A DNA stretch of 64,000 nucleotides from an uncultured delta proteobacterium (GTDB taxonomy: Bacteria; Desulfobacterota; Desulfobacteria; Desulfobacterales; JAHEIW01). Both the position numbers and the translations under genes were made by a program. Below are positions 1 to 10,569 of the stretch, in pieces. Positions within the stretch are counted from its first letter, which is position 1; each line of letters starts with the position of its first letter. The notes below the pieces were generated by a model that did no database searches, was not told the DNA's origin, and was given only the letters and a program-made list of their open reading frames with translations. The stretch covers positions 1 through 64,000 of the forward strand of contig CAVPNL010000004.1 of assembly GCA_963706575.1 (NCBI GenBank), read 5' to 3'.

Positions 1-24
1 TTTAAATAGATTGAGATCGGTCTT

Positions 25-1170
25 CTATACATTGTTGGGATCTGATACGGCTTTGGACTTTTCGCTGGAAAAGTCATCAGGTCCGCCTCTTGTATTTGAG
101 TGCGAAAGGTCATCGAGCCAGACCCGGAAGAGCTTGAATCCTATGGATAAGATGACGGCCCCAACAAATAGGCCTATAAATCCCATTGAAAGAAATCCTC
201 CGATCGCACCCAGAAAAATGACGAGCATGGGTACCGGAGCACCGCGTCCCAGGAGTATGGGCTTCAAAAGATTATCCAATAAAGAAACCAGAATAAGCCA
301 GACCGTCAACAATCCAGCGGTAAAAGTATCTGCACTATAGAACATGTAGATGATAACCGGAATGACAACTGGGAAAATACCGATTTGAATAATGGCCAAA
401 AACAGACATAGAAAAGCCCAAAGACCAGCTGCCGGTACCCCGCCTACGAAAAACCCAGTACCTGCCAACAGTGACTGAATAATGGCCACACCAAGAATCC
501 CTTTGACCACATTGTGCACGGTTTTGTTCGCAATATCAGCAAAGTTAGCGCCACGTTCTCCGGCCAGACGCACAAACAGGTCTCTTGCCATTTTTCCACT
601 TCCCCTTGCATTAACCATAAAGATTCCAGCAATGACAATTGAGAGTGCAAATTGGAGCAATCCCAGAGCGGTGCCCATCGCCGACTTCAGCAGCCATAAA
701 CCCATTGCTTTGAGCTGGGGTTGAAACCGGATCAGCGTTGCTTCTAAATCATCCGAAGCCTCAAGCCAATCGTTCTTCAATGACTTGCCGATTAGGGGCC
801 ACGTATCGATATTATCTGGTGGAGGCGGCACTTTAATTTCGCCGCGCTGTATCCTCTCGTTGATATATTTTGTAACACCGACAAGCGAGTCTACCATCTG
901 GATGCTGGGCAGGATGATACCAAGCAGCATAACTGCAGCAATGATGGCAGACGCCAACTTAACACGGCCACCCAATATGCCGCTGAGTCTTCTGCAAGCG
1001 GGGTGTAATGTAATAGCAAGGATGATTCCCCACATCACCGGAGAGATAAAAGGCCTTAATATATTGAAACACAGTGCTATCAAAAGGGCTATAATACCGA
1101 TTCGAATCGCTATATCAATTGCTCGTCCTGTGTATGCTTTTTCTCGGCTAATTTTGTCCGGTTCGTTCAT
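25..1170 (-). CDS. AI-2E family transporter (PerM/YdiK-like)
   Basis: 381 aa multi-TM protein; DNLLKPILLGRG and GFIGLFVGAVIL motifs typical of AI-2E. Confidence 0.9.
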   Translation of the reverse strand: MNEPDKISREKAYTGRAIDIAIRIGIIALLIALCFNILRPFISPVMWGIILAITLHPACRRLSGILGGRVKLASAIIAAVMLLGIILPSIQMVDSLVGVTKYINERIQRGEIKVPPPPDNIDTWPLIGKSLKNDWLEASDDLEATLIRFQPQLKAMGLWLLKSAMGTALGLLQFALSIVIAGIFMVNARGSGKMARDLFVRLAGERGANFADIANKTVHNVVKGILGVAIIQSLLAGTGFFVGGVPAAGLWAFLCLFLAIIQIGIFPVVIPVIIYMFYSADTFTAGLLTVWLILVSLLDNLLKPILLGRGAPVPMLVIFLGAIGGFLSMGFIGLFVGAVILSIGFKLFRVWLDDLSHSNTRGGPDDFSSEKSKAVSDPNNV

Positions 1171-1626
1171 AAAAATTCCCCTGTTGATGGTGGTATATTT
1201 ATGGGTGGGCCTCTGTAAAAATTTAACTTTCGTATCGCTGAAAATAACCCTCTGGAGCAGACGTCGGAGTTACTTTCCATTGGAAATGCGCAGCTGCAGA
1301 CACCTTGCTGAAGCTTTCGGAGTGTCCGAATTATATAATGTATAAGCAAGTCTTTAACTTTTTGCAAGGACTGGGATTGCAGATGTCGTACCCGATGTTA
1401 AAATTTGCAGAGGTGCAAAATATTTTGTATGTGTTGATAACATACGAAATATTTTAAATTTATGGGTTGGCAAGAAAGAGAGGCCCTGCCGGCTCATGGC
1501 GGAGAAGGACACGTCATGTCTCCAGGAGGACCCCCCTTCGCTCTGGCGAGCTCTCACCTTCGCTAATAGCTCCGGTGTCCAGGTAGCCGCGTCAGGCACG
1601 TCGTGGCAGAAAGCAGCGGAGTGAAT

Positions 1627-1663
1627 AAAAAACCCTGCCTCATTAAAAACAAGACAGGGTTTT
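1627..1663 (-). terminator. Intrinsic terminator of the hdrL-mvhD-metV-metF operon
   Basis: AAAACCCTG...CAGGGTTTT inverted repeat followed on the minus strand by a T-run, 25 nt after the metF stop. Confidence 0.7.
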
Positions 1664-1687
1664 GCTACAGCTATTTATGAATTGGTT

Positions 1688-2620
1688 TTATTTGCCATTC
1701 GGTCTGGGATAGAGGCCGGCGGCCTCAACGATCTCGGGTACTTTTTCTTCCCATTCGATGGCCATGACGTGGAATCCGGCAACACCCTCACACTCTTTGA
1801 GGCGCTCGATGGATTCGATGCAGATCTTGATGCCTTCGTCAGCCTGTTTGCCTTTTTCGACCCCTTGCAGTCGTTCAATAACTTCATCGGGCACGTCCAT
1901 TCCCGGCACTCTTTTCTGCATATACTTGGCCATCCCGACACTTTTCATGGGGGTCAGGCCGGCCAGAATAAAACATTTTTCATGCAGGCCGCGTTCACGC
2001 ACTCCCTTCATCCACTCTTCGAATTTATCCAGGTTGTAGATGCACTGGGTCTGGATGAACTCGACCCCGGCCGCAACCTTTTTGGCCAGACGCGGCACCC
2101 GGATCTCAAAGGGATCGGCAAACGGGTTGGCGGCCGCCCCCACAAACATCTGGGGTCTGCCATCAAGGTCGTCGCCGCCCAAAAACTTGCCCTCGTCACG
2201 CATGTGCCGCACGGCCTGAATCAACTGGATGGAGTCGATATCATGTACATTCTGGCCCTGAGCGCAATCCCCGAAACTTTGATGGTCGCCGGACAGACAC
2301 AAAATATTGTTGATTTCAAAAGAAGCCGCACCCAGAATATCGCTTTGCAGCGCAATGCGGTTGCGGTCGCGGGTGACCATCTGCAGCACCGGCTCCAGGC
2401 CCATCAATTTCAGGCGAATGCAGGCGGCCAGACTGCATAAGCGGGTCATGGACGTCTGATTGTCGGTGATATTGATGGCATCCACATGATCTTTGATCAA
2501 CTCGCCTTTTTTAATGATGTGCTCGGGATTGCTGCCGCGGGGCGGCCCGCACTCGGACGTAACGGCCAGGTGCCCTTCCCTGAGAATCTTTTCCAGTTTG
2601 CTGGGTGTCTTTGTTGTCAT
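1688..2620 (-). CDS. metF: Methylenetetrahydrofolate reductase catalytic subunit
   Basis: TSECGPP, INITDNQ, RDRNRIALQS, LSGDH, FIQTQ motifs; start set at ATG 2620, overlapping the metV stop (ATGA). Confidence 0.92.
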   Translation of the reverse strand: MTTKTPSKLEKILREGHLAVTSECGPPRGSNPEHIIKKGELIKDHVDAINITDNQTSMTRLCSLAACIRLKLMGLEPVLQMVTRDRNRIALQSDILGAASFEINNILCLSGDHQSFGDCAQGQNVHDIDSIQLIQAVRHMRDEGKFLGGDDLDGRPQMFVGAAANPFADPFEIRVPRLAKKVAAGVEFIQTQCIYNLDKFEEWMKGVRERGLHEKCFILAGLTPMKSVGMAKYMQKRVPGMDVPDEVIERLQGVEKGKQADEGIKICIESIERLKECEGVAGFHVMAIEWEEKVPEIVEAAGLYPRPNGK

Positions 2621-3285
2621 TGCTGCACGTCCTCCCTTACTACTTTTCTGGGCCCCCCGGCCCTGTCCGTCGACCAGTCTTTCAAGGGGCACAACTTTTC
2701 GTATTCGTCGAGCCGGTCCAATGCCTGGAGGCGATCGATGATCAATTGCCAGGCACAGTCGACTTCAGCGTTAATCTCACACCGGCCTGTGGTGGATCCG
2801 CCGCAGGGGCCATTAAAGAGTCGCTTGGCACAACGTGCCACCGGGCAAATGCCCCCGGTGGTTGCCAGGATACACTGACCGCAGCCCTGGCAGCGTTCGG
2901 TCCACAGACCTCGCTTTTCGGTGGCCCCCATAAAGCAGGTATTGACTCCCGGATAAACCGGCGTGCTGTGGTACTGTTCAGACATAAACTGAACGCCCAC
3001 ACCACAGGCCAGCGAGACCACGGCATCGTACTGATCGATGGAATCTCGAATTTCATCCAGATACTCACGGTCGCATTGCCGCTCGAGCGTTACTTCGTCG
3101 ATTTTGACCTCTTTGCCCTCTTTGCGGGCATGCATGCGCAGCGCCGAAGCCAGAACGCCCACCTCTTTTTTACCCCCGGCCTCGCAGACGGTGACACATT
3201 CGTTGCAGCCCAGGACCAGGATGTTCTTGTGATCCTTGAGGTATCCGATGATTTCGTCAATTGGTTTTCTATCTGCAACAATCAT
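2617..3285 (-). CDS. metV: MTHFR small Fe-S/Zn subunit (MTHFR C-terminal domain protein)
   Basis: GCxxCxxVC, ACGVG, RCxxCGxC, CPVARCAK, NGPCGG, CAW motifs; directly upstream of metF. Confidence 0.9.
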   Translation of the reverse strand: MIVADRKPIDEIIGYLKDHKNILVLGCNECVTVCEAGGKKEVGVLASALRMHARKEGKEVKIDEVTLERQCDREYLDEIRDSIDQYDAVVSLACGVGVQFMSEQYHSTPVYPGVNTCFMGATEKRGLWTERCQGCGQCILATTGGICPVARCAKRLFNGPCGGSTTGRCEINAEVDCAWQLIIDRLQALDRLDEYEKLCPLKDWSTDRAGGPRKVVREDVQQ

Positions 3286-3312
3286 TGAATGAAACCTCTC
3301 TAAAAAGTTTGC

Positions 3313-3436
3313 GGAATGTTGGAATGCTGGAACACTGGAATGTTGGGTATCTAAATGATGAAAATATCATTTTAAAATAGATATTTTCCGCTTTTCAACC
3401 CATTATTCCATTATTCCATTTTTCCATTATTCCATT
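3313..3436. repeat. Inverted pair of 8-mer tandem repeats
   Basis: GGAATGTT-type x4 at 3313-3347 and CATTATTC-type x4-5 at 3399-3436. Confidence 0.8.
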
Positions 3437-3507
3437 AATATGAAGTAGTTTATGAGTTATAAAATTCTAGTTAATTATATACGTTAAGATATGACGAAGA
3501 CCGAGCC

Positions 3508-3939
3508 CTATGCCGCCTTGTTTTTCGATATCCGAATCGGATTGGGGCCTAGCGCCTTTATCTTTTCAGTAATTTCGGTTGCATATTGCGCAAAAAGCGG
3601 TCCTTCGCTGGACGACAGATTGTACATCTGGGCCCGTTCGCCGCCAACGCCAACCGTCTCCAATATCTGCTGGGCCTGCTCTACCCGCCGGCGCGCCATC
3701 AGGTTGCCGGAGTTGAAATGACATTCCCCTTCCAGGCACCCGATAACAGCCACACCGTCAGCACCTTTTTCAAACGCCCGCATGATGTGAATCACATCCA
3801 CTTTGCCGGTGCATGGGACCCTTACGATCTTGACGTTTGTCGGATATTGCAATCGCATCGAACCTGCCAGGTCCGCTGCCGTGTACCCTCAGAAATTGCA
3901 GCAAAATGCAATAATCACCGGTTCAAAATCTTTACTCAT
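3508..3939 (-). CDS. mvhD: MvhD [2Fe-2S] subunit, selenocysteine-containing (Sec17), 143 aa
   Basis: ATG 3939 reads MSKDFEPVIIAFCCNF-TGA(3889-3891)-GYTAADLAGSMRLQYP in frame with the ORF-track fragment; TGA sits at the Cys of CCNxCxYxxADLAG; downstream hairpin CGGACCT-GGC-AGGTTCG. Confidence 0.92.
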
Positions 3940-3956
3940 GGTTTTCCCCTCTAACA

Positions 3957-4071
3957 AAAATGCCTAAAATGATCTAAAATGCCTAAAGTGCCTAAAATTG
4001 AGGAATTCTATCTATTTTATTCCTCTATCTGTACTTCCAAATCCGAAATCCGCAATCTAAAATCCAAAATC
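3957..4071. repeat. 9-mer (AAAATGCCT) and 7-mer (AATCCGC/AATCTAA) tandem repeats
   Basis: aaaatgcct aaaatgatct aaaatgcct aaagtgcct; aaatccg aaatccgc aatctaa aatccaa. Confidence 0.8.
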
Positions 4072-7000
4072 TAGAGGACTCCTTCCAAAAGCGCATCCAC
4101 CTTACAGATAATTTGATCGTCCTCGTACCAGTTGAGCTGAATGGCTTTGGCCGGGCACTCGGCCGTACAGATTCCGCAGCCATGACACAGGGCCTCATCG
4201 ATTTCACTGACGCCGTCTGCATTAATCTTGGGAACATCGTACGGACAGGACCGCACACATATCAAACAGGAGGCGCACTTATCGGCCTCAACCTGGGCGG
4301 TGACCGCCGAAAGCGTTAACTGCGACTGGGACAAAAATGTCACCGCCCGCGAAGCGGCCGCATAAGCCTGGGCGATGCTTTCGGATATCAGTTTGGGGCT
4401 GTGCGCGGTGCCGCACACAAAAATTCCTTCGGTGGCCATATCGACCGGCCGCAATTTCACGTGAGCCTCCATGAAATAGCCTTCCGGTGTGCGGGCCAGT
4501 TTCACAATGGATGACAGTTCCTCGGTATCTTCAGCTTCCATACCGGCACTGAGCACCAGCAGATCGGTACTGACGTTCAGCTTTCGATTGAGCACGTGGT
4601 CGGTAAAGGTCACCTCAATACCGTCTTTAGCGGCTTCGGCCACCGGCGGATCGTCGGCGTCAAACCGGAAAAAGAAAACCCCCTGGCGCCGGGCCTCGGT
4701 GTAATAGTCTTCCAGTAGGCCGTAAGTGCGGATATCGCGGTACAGCACAAAAACCTGGGCATCCGGATATTCTTCCTTGATATGCAGTGCGTTTTTAACG
4801 GCCGTTTGACAGCAGATCCGGGAGCAATTGGGATTCTCATCGTTGCGCGATCCGATGCACTGGATCATGACCACCTGTTTGGGCTCCTCGAGCTCCCCTT
4901 TTTGCATGCGCTCGGCCAGTTCGAGTTGCGTCATCACGCGCGGGTCATCTCCGTACAGATATTCCTGGGGGCGATGCTCGTGCGCACCGGTGGCCACAAT
5001 CACCACCCCGTGTTCAATTTTGCGCTGCACCATATCGGGTCCCACCAGAATTTCGGTGGTGAAGTTGCCTTTAAAACCGCCAAAACCAACTACCAGCGCA
5101 TTGGTGATCACCTGAATCCTCTCATTTGAGGTGACCCGGGAGACCATGTCTTTGAGGTATTCACCGATATTGGCGCCTTCAATGGTTGCGGTCAGTTGTT
5201 TGGCCAATCCACCCAGCTCGGCCTCTTTTTCAATTAAAACCACCTCATAGCCCTGATCGGCCAGGCCCAGGGCGGCATTCATGCCGGCCACCCCCCCGCC
5301 GATGACCAGTCCTTTTTGGATTACCGGGATTTTCTTTTCCTGCAGCGGGTGCAGCGTTTCCGCACGGGCCACCGACATGCGCACCAGATCTTTGGCTTTT
5401 CCGGAAGCCGTTTCCGCGGTTTCGGAGTGCACCCAGGAATCCTGGTTGCGAATATTGGCCATCTCAAACAGGTATTTGTTTAATCCGCAGGACTCCATGG
5501 TGTCCTGGAAAATGGGCTCGTGGGTCTTGGGGCTGCAGGCCGCCACCACCACACGGTTGAGCTTGTGTTCTTTGATGAGCTCTTTCATCTCATCCTGGGA
5601 ATCCTGGGAGCAGGTAAACAGATTCTCCTGGGCGTAGACGACATTGGGCAGCGTTTTGGCATATTCGGTCACACCCTTGACATCCACCACACTGGAAATG
5701 TTCACCCCGCAATTACAGACAAATACCCCCACCCGGGCATCCTGGTCGGTGACATCAATCTCTTCCGGAATTTCGACACTGCGGGTCAGGGTATTGCGAG
5801 CCGTGCCCAGACTCGCGCCGGCCGTGCAGGCCGCTGCGCTGGCCTCGGTAACGGAGCTGGGAATGTCCTTGGGTTCCTGAAACACCCCGCAGGCGTAAAC
5901 ACCGGGCCGCGTGGTTTCGACCGGCGCAAATGGGTGTGAAACGGCAAATCGCGAATCATTGAGTTCAATGCCGAGGCGCTCGGCCAGCTGAACGGTTGAC
6001 TCCGGTACCTGCAGGCCGACCGACAGCACAACCATATCAAATTCTTCGATCTGCAGCTCGCCGGCATCATCCATGTAACGGATGCTTAAATTACCGCTAT
6101 CGCCGATTTCGTCGATCGAATGAATCCGCGATTTGATGAAGCGGATGCCGGCATCTTTGGCGCGGTTATAGTATTTCTCGTAATCTTTGCCAAAGGTGCG
6201 GATATCCATGTTGAACACCACACAATCCAGATCTCCATGGGCATGTTCTTTGGCAATCATCGAGTCTTTGATGGCGTACATGCAACACACCGAAGAACAG
6301 TAGCTGTTGCCGCACTGGTTCGTATCTCTGGAACCGACGCATTGCAGCCAGGCGATCTTTTTGGGATCTTTGCCGTCCGAAGGACGTTGCAGATGTCCCA
6401 TGGTCGGGCCCGAGGCGGACAGGATGCGTTCAAATTCCAGGCTGGTCAGGACGTTGGGGCTGGTTTTGTAATGATAAACGTTTTCAAGGTGGGCGGGGTC
6501 ATAGGGCTCGCTGCCGGTCGCAAGAATAACGGAGCCGACTTCAATTTCCTTATCCTGGACCTGCTGACTGTGATCAATCGCATTGGCCAGGCAGGCATCC
6601 ACACACTGATAGCACTCGCAGCAGTAGCCGCAGTTCAGGCAGCGGGCAGCTTCCGCCCGGCCTTGCGCTTCAGCGTAACCCAGTTCCACTTCATCAAAAT
6701 TGCCTTGGCGCTTGGCAACGGCAAGTTCGGGCATCCTGGCGCGTTCCACGATGGGTTCGTCTTCCGGAACGGGCCGGTAAACCGGATTTTCATTTACCAC
6801 CGGCTCACGGCCTTCAGCCATATCGCGTTTTTCAATGTAGCGTAAGATCGACTCGGCCGCCTCTTTGCCGGCACCGACGGCGCCGATTACCACCCAGGGA
6901 CCGGTCTGCAGATCACCACCGGCAAACACACCTTCCTGTTCGGTCGCAAAGGTGACGGCGTCGACTTCGGTCGTTCCCCAGCGCGTATATGTGAGGCCGG

Positions 7001-8501
7001 TAATATCTTCCAGGGCGGAAAGATCCGGTCGCTGGCCGATGGCCGGGATCAGTTGATCGATTTCGATCTCATATTCGCTGCCGGGCACCGGTATGGGCCG
7101 TTTGCGGCCCGATGAGTCGGGTTCGCTCAGCTCCATGCGAATACAGCGCAATCCAACCACCTTACCGTCCTGCACTAAAATTTCTTGGGGTGCCGACAGA
7201 TAGGTGATCTGAACGCCCTCATCCTCGGCGGCCTGAATTTCCTCTTCCCAGGCCGGCATTTCATCACGGGTGCGCCGGTAAACGATATTGACTTCGGCGG
7301 CTCCCAGGCGTACGGCCGAGCGGGCCACATCGATGGCCACGTTGCCTCCGCCGATAATCGCCATTTTCTTGCCGGTAGCGGCTTTGCCGGTCAAATTCAC
7401 TTCTTTGAGGAAATCAACGCCCTGACGGACGCCGTTGGATTTTTCACCGGGGATGCCCAGTTCAATCCCCTTATGCGCGCCGATCGCCAGGTATACGGCC
7501 TTGTAACCGTCACCCAGCAGGCCATCGATGGTGACGTCACTGCCCAAGGCCGTATTGGTCTTGAGTTCCACACCCAGGTTGGTGATAACTTCGATTTCCT
7601 GGTCTAAAATCTCGCGCGGCAGACGGTGGGCGGGAATACCGACCCGCAGCATGCCGCCCGCTTCGGGCAGGGATTCAAAAATGGTGGACTGCACACCTTT
7701 TTTGGCCAGGTGATAGGCGCAGGATAGCCCGGCCGGACCGGAGCCGATAATGGCGACCTTCTCCTTTTTAGCCGGAGCACATTTAATTTCCACCTTGCGC
7801 GGATCAAATTTATCGGCTGCCAGGCGCTTTAAGTCCCGGATCGCCACCGGTTGTTCCACATCGCAGCGGCGGCAGGCATCTTCGCACCCGTGGGGACAGA
7901 TGCGGCCCAGCACACCGGGAAGCGGCAGGTCTTCCATGATGATCTCCAGGGCTTCCTTGTACTTGCCCTCCTTGACCATCTGCACGTAGCCCTGCACATT
8001 CAAGCCGCCCGGACACGCCAAACGGCACGGCGCTTTGTCTGCCTTCTGAATAGCATAAGCGCCGGGTATGGCCTGGGCGTATTGCTTGAACGTCGCCTTT
8101 TTGGTTGCCAGGCCTTCTTCATATTCGTTCGGCAGATCTACCGGACAGACTGTGGTACATTCACCACAGCTGGTACATTTGGCAAGATCAATATAGCGCG
8201 GATTTTCACGAATGCGGGCTTTAAAATTCCCCGGTTCGCCTTCGAGTTCTAAAAGCTCAGTGTTGGTTAAAAGCTCAATGTTTAAGTGCCGGCCGACCTC
8301 GACCAGTTTCGGTGAGATAATTCACATCGCACAGTCGTTGGTTGGAAAGGTCTTATCGAGCTGAGACATCAGTCCGCCGATGGCAGATGATTTTTCAACC
8401 AGATAAACCAGATAGCCGGAATTGGCCAGATCCAACGAAGCCTGCATCCCGGCAATTCCGCCGCCGACAACCATTACAGATCCATGGACTTTGTCCGTCA
8501 T
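4071..8501 (-). CDS. hdrA: Large HdrA-like flavo-iron-sulfur protein (HdrL type: two HdrA cores plus inserted GltD/NfnB-like NAD(P)H domain), selenocysteine-containing (Sec60), 1476 aa
   Basis: ATG 8501 with AAAGGAG RBS; GGGIAG...[14 protein letters not shown](8322-8324)-IISPKL, open through to the ORF at 8021; hairpin CTGGTCG-AGGT-CGGCCGG after TGA; GltD motifs ([27 protein letters not shown]); HdrA motifs (QCVGSRD, CSSVCC, FVCNCG, AACSP). Confidence 0.92.
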
Positions 8502-8991
8502 GCCGTCTTACTCCTTTGGGTAATCATCATTTGATTTTGATGCTTGAACAGACAGAAATGACCCGCTTTCGCAATCAATTTATCCGCTTGTCCAGAACAA
8601 AAATTCTACGACAACATATCGCATTGAGGCGGGGCGAAACGGTCTAAATTGAATAACCCATATTATTCAATAGGTTAGATCCTATTGGATTGGCTATCTT
8701 CAGGCTTATGGATAAGCGCTTTGGCCCCTGTCGAGCATTATCGCCCTTTACGCCGTTGCCGGCGCGAAAGTGCGAACTTACTTATTTTTGCTGATTTTGT
8801 CAACCGATATTTGCACCTAAATCGAGCGATTGTCGAGGGGGATGGTGATGCCGGTTTGCCTGCTGTGCAATCAAAAATGCGCTTGAAACAGAATCTTGTG
8901 CGTGATAAGTTTTTATGTTTATTCATTGAGGTAGCGTTCATTAACTTACGGGGCGCACACGCGCCGCATGCATTGCCAGGAATCGCTCATA

Positions 8992-10569
8992 ATGCCACTA
9001 CAACAGCCTTCAATCATTAACATCGGACTGGTCGGCGGCGGGGACTTTTGCAAGGAGATCCTTGAAAAAACGACCGCCGTTTATGAACAGGCAGAGATGG
9101 TAGCACCTATTTTGGCAGTAGCAGACCCGGACCCCGATAGCCCCGGCCGCATACTTGCCAGCCAACTCGGCCTGTTGACGTTTGACGACTACAAGCAGCT
9201 TTATGACCGGCGTTTCAGCATTCATTTGATTATCATTCTGACCCCGCAACCGGAAATTTTCGAAAACATTATACACACCCGCCCCTCCCGCATCCGGATC
9301 CTGGCATACGAGGTGTTTCGAATGTTCTGGAAAGCCATTGCCCAGGAAGAACAGAAATTGCGGGAACGAACCGAAGAAATGGAGACCATCCTAAACGGTA
9401 TCGATGATTTTATTCTGGTGATAACCCCGGATATGGAAATCCTGGAGGCCAACGAGTCGTTTCTGAAAAAAATGGGGTATGCTCCCAAAGATGTCATCGG
9501 AAAAAAATGCCATCAGGTCTATTATAAAATCGATTTTCCCTGTGAAGCTGGCATGAGAGATTGCCCCTTGCGCGATGTCGTCCGCAACAAACGACCGGTT
9601 CGTCAAATCCAGACACGCACCTTGCCCGATGGCCAAAAACAGTATTTTGAAGTCAACATCTACCCCATCTGGGAAAAGGACGGCAAGGTTTCAAAATTTA
9701 TCCACATCAGCCGGGATATTACCCAGCACAAGAAGGAAGAGGAAGAAATTACGCGCCGTCTGGAACAGATGGTCGAAGAGCGGACCCGCGAATTAAAGGA
9801 AACCCACAAAAAATTGCTCCACCAGGACAAGATGGCTTCACTGGGCAAGCTTTCCGCTTCAGTGGTCCATGAAATCAACAACCCCATCGCCGGAATCCTG
9901 AACCTGATTATGCTCATGAAACGCATGGTTGAAGAAGATTCCATCGGCAGCCGCGAAATTGATCAATTCAACAAATACCTGACGTTGATGGAGACCGAAA
10001 CTCGGCGTACCAGCCGGATAGTATCCAATCTTTTGGCCTTCTCGCGCCAATCGAAAATAGAGCTCAAACGAATCAGTCTGAATCGGCTGATTGAACAGAT
10101 CCTTTTTTTAAATTCGAATCTGCTGAAAATTGCAGGCGTTAAAGTCAGTACGGATCTTGATCCGAATCTGCCTGACTTAGTCGGCTCCGAAGATCAACTC
10201 CAGCAAGTGTTCATGAATCTGGTTTCAAATGCCGCCGAGGCCATGGAAACCAAGGGCGGGGGTGTACTAAATATTGAAACCACATATGGATTGCGCGACG
10301 ATAAGTTGGAGGTCAATTTTAAAGACAGCGGGATCGGCATACCGGAGGAAAATATATCAAAGCTTTTTGAACCCTTTTTTACCACCAAAAAAAAGGGTAA
10401 AGGTGTGGGGCTGGGTCTTTCGGTAGCTTACGGTATTATCCAGGAACACGGCGGTTCCATCTACGTAAAATCCAAGGTAGGGAAAGGCACAACGTTTCGC
10501 CTCAAGTTTCCTTTAAAACGGGCTTCAGATAAACTCGATCCGCATGGAGGTCGCAGTGAGCAAAATTAA
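8992..10569 (+). CDS. Sensor histidine kinase: N-terminal Rossmann-like domain, PAS, HisKA, HATPase_c; no TM segments
   Basis: IGLVGGG...VADPD N-terminus; GKKCHQV PAS; HEINNP H-box; NLVSNA, DSGIG, FEPFFTTK, GVGLGL. Confidence 0.92.
   Translation: MPLQQPSIINIGLVGGGDFCKEILEKTTAVYEQAEMVAPILAVADPDPDSPGRILASQLGLLTFDDYKQLYDRRFSIHLIIILTPQPEIFENIIHTRPSRIRILAYEVFRMFWKAIAQEEQKLRERTEEMETILNGIDDFILVITPDMEILEANESFLKKMGYAPKDVIGKKCHQVYYKIDFPCEAGMRDCPLRDVVRNKRPVRQIQTRTLPDGQKQYFEVNIYPIWEKDGKVSKFIHISRDITQHKKEEEEITRRLEQMVEERTRELKETHKKLLHQDKMASLGKLSASVVHEINNPIAGILNLIMLMKRMVEEDSIGSREIDQFNKYLTLMETETRRTSRIVSNLLAFSRQSKIELKRISLNRLIEQILFLNSNLLKIAGVKVSTDLDPNLPDLVGSEDQLQQVFMNLVSNAAEAMETKGGGVLNIETTYGLRDDKLEVNFKDSGIGIPEENISKLFEPFFTTKKKGKGVGLGLSVAYGIIQEHGGSIYVKSKVGKGTTFRLKFPLKRASDKLDPHGGRSEQN

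Noticed and set aside
1322..1346. dif/Xer site-like sequence GTGTCCGAATTATATAATGTATAAG
   Set aside because: Arm sequences and spacing deviate from the 11-6-11 consensus; too weak to call
1588..1620. SRP RNA (TCAGG...AGCAGCGG resemblance)
   Set aside because: Lacks the GGAA tetraloop helix (CAGGTCCGGAAGGAAGCAGC) and the long flanking stem
1682..3288. Long plus-strand ORFs (252 and 227 aa) and similar antisense ORFs elsewhere (e.g. 55869-56747, 29302-29985)
   Set aside because: Shadow frames of well-supported genes on the opposite strand, with no recognisable motifs
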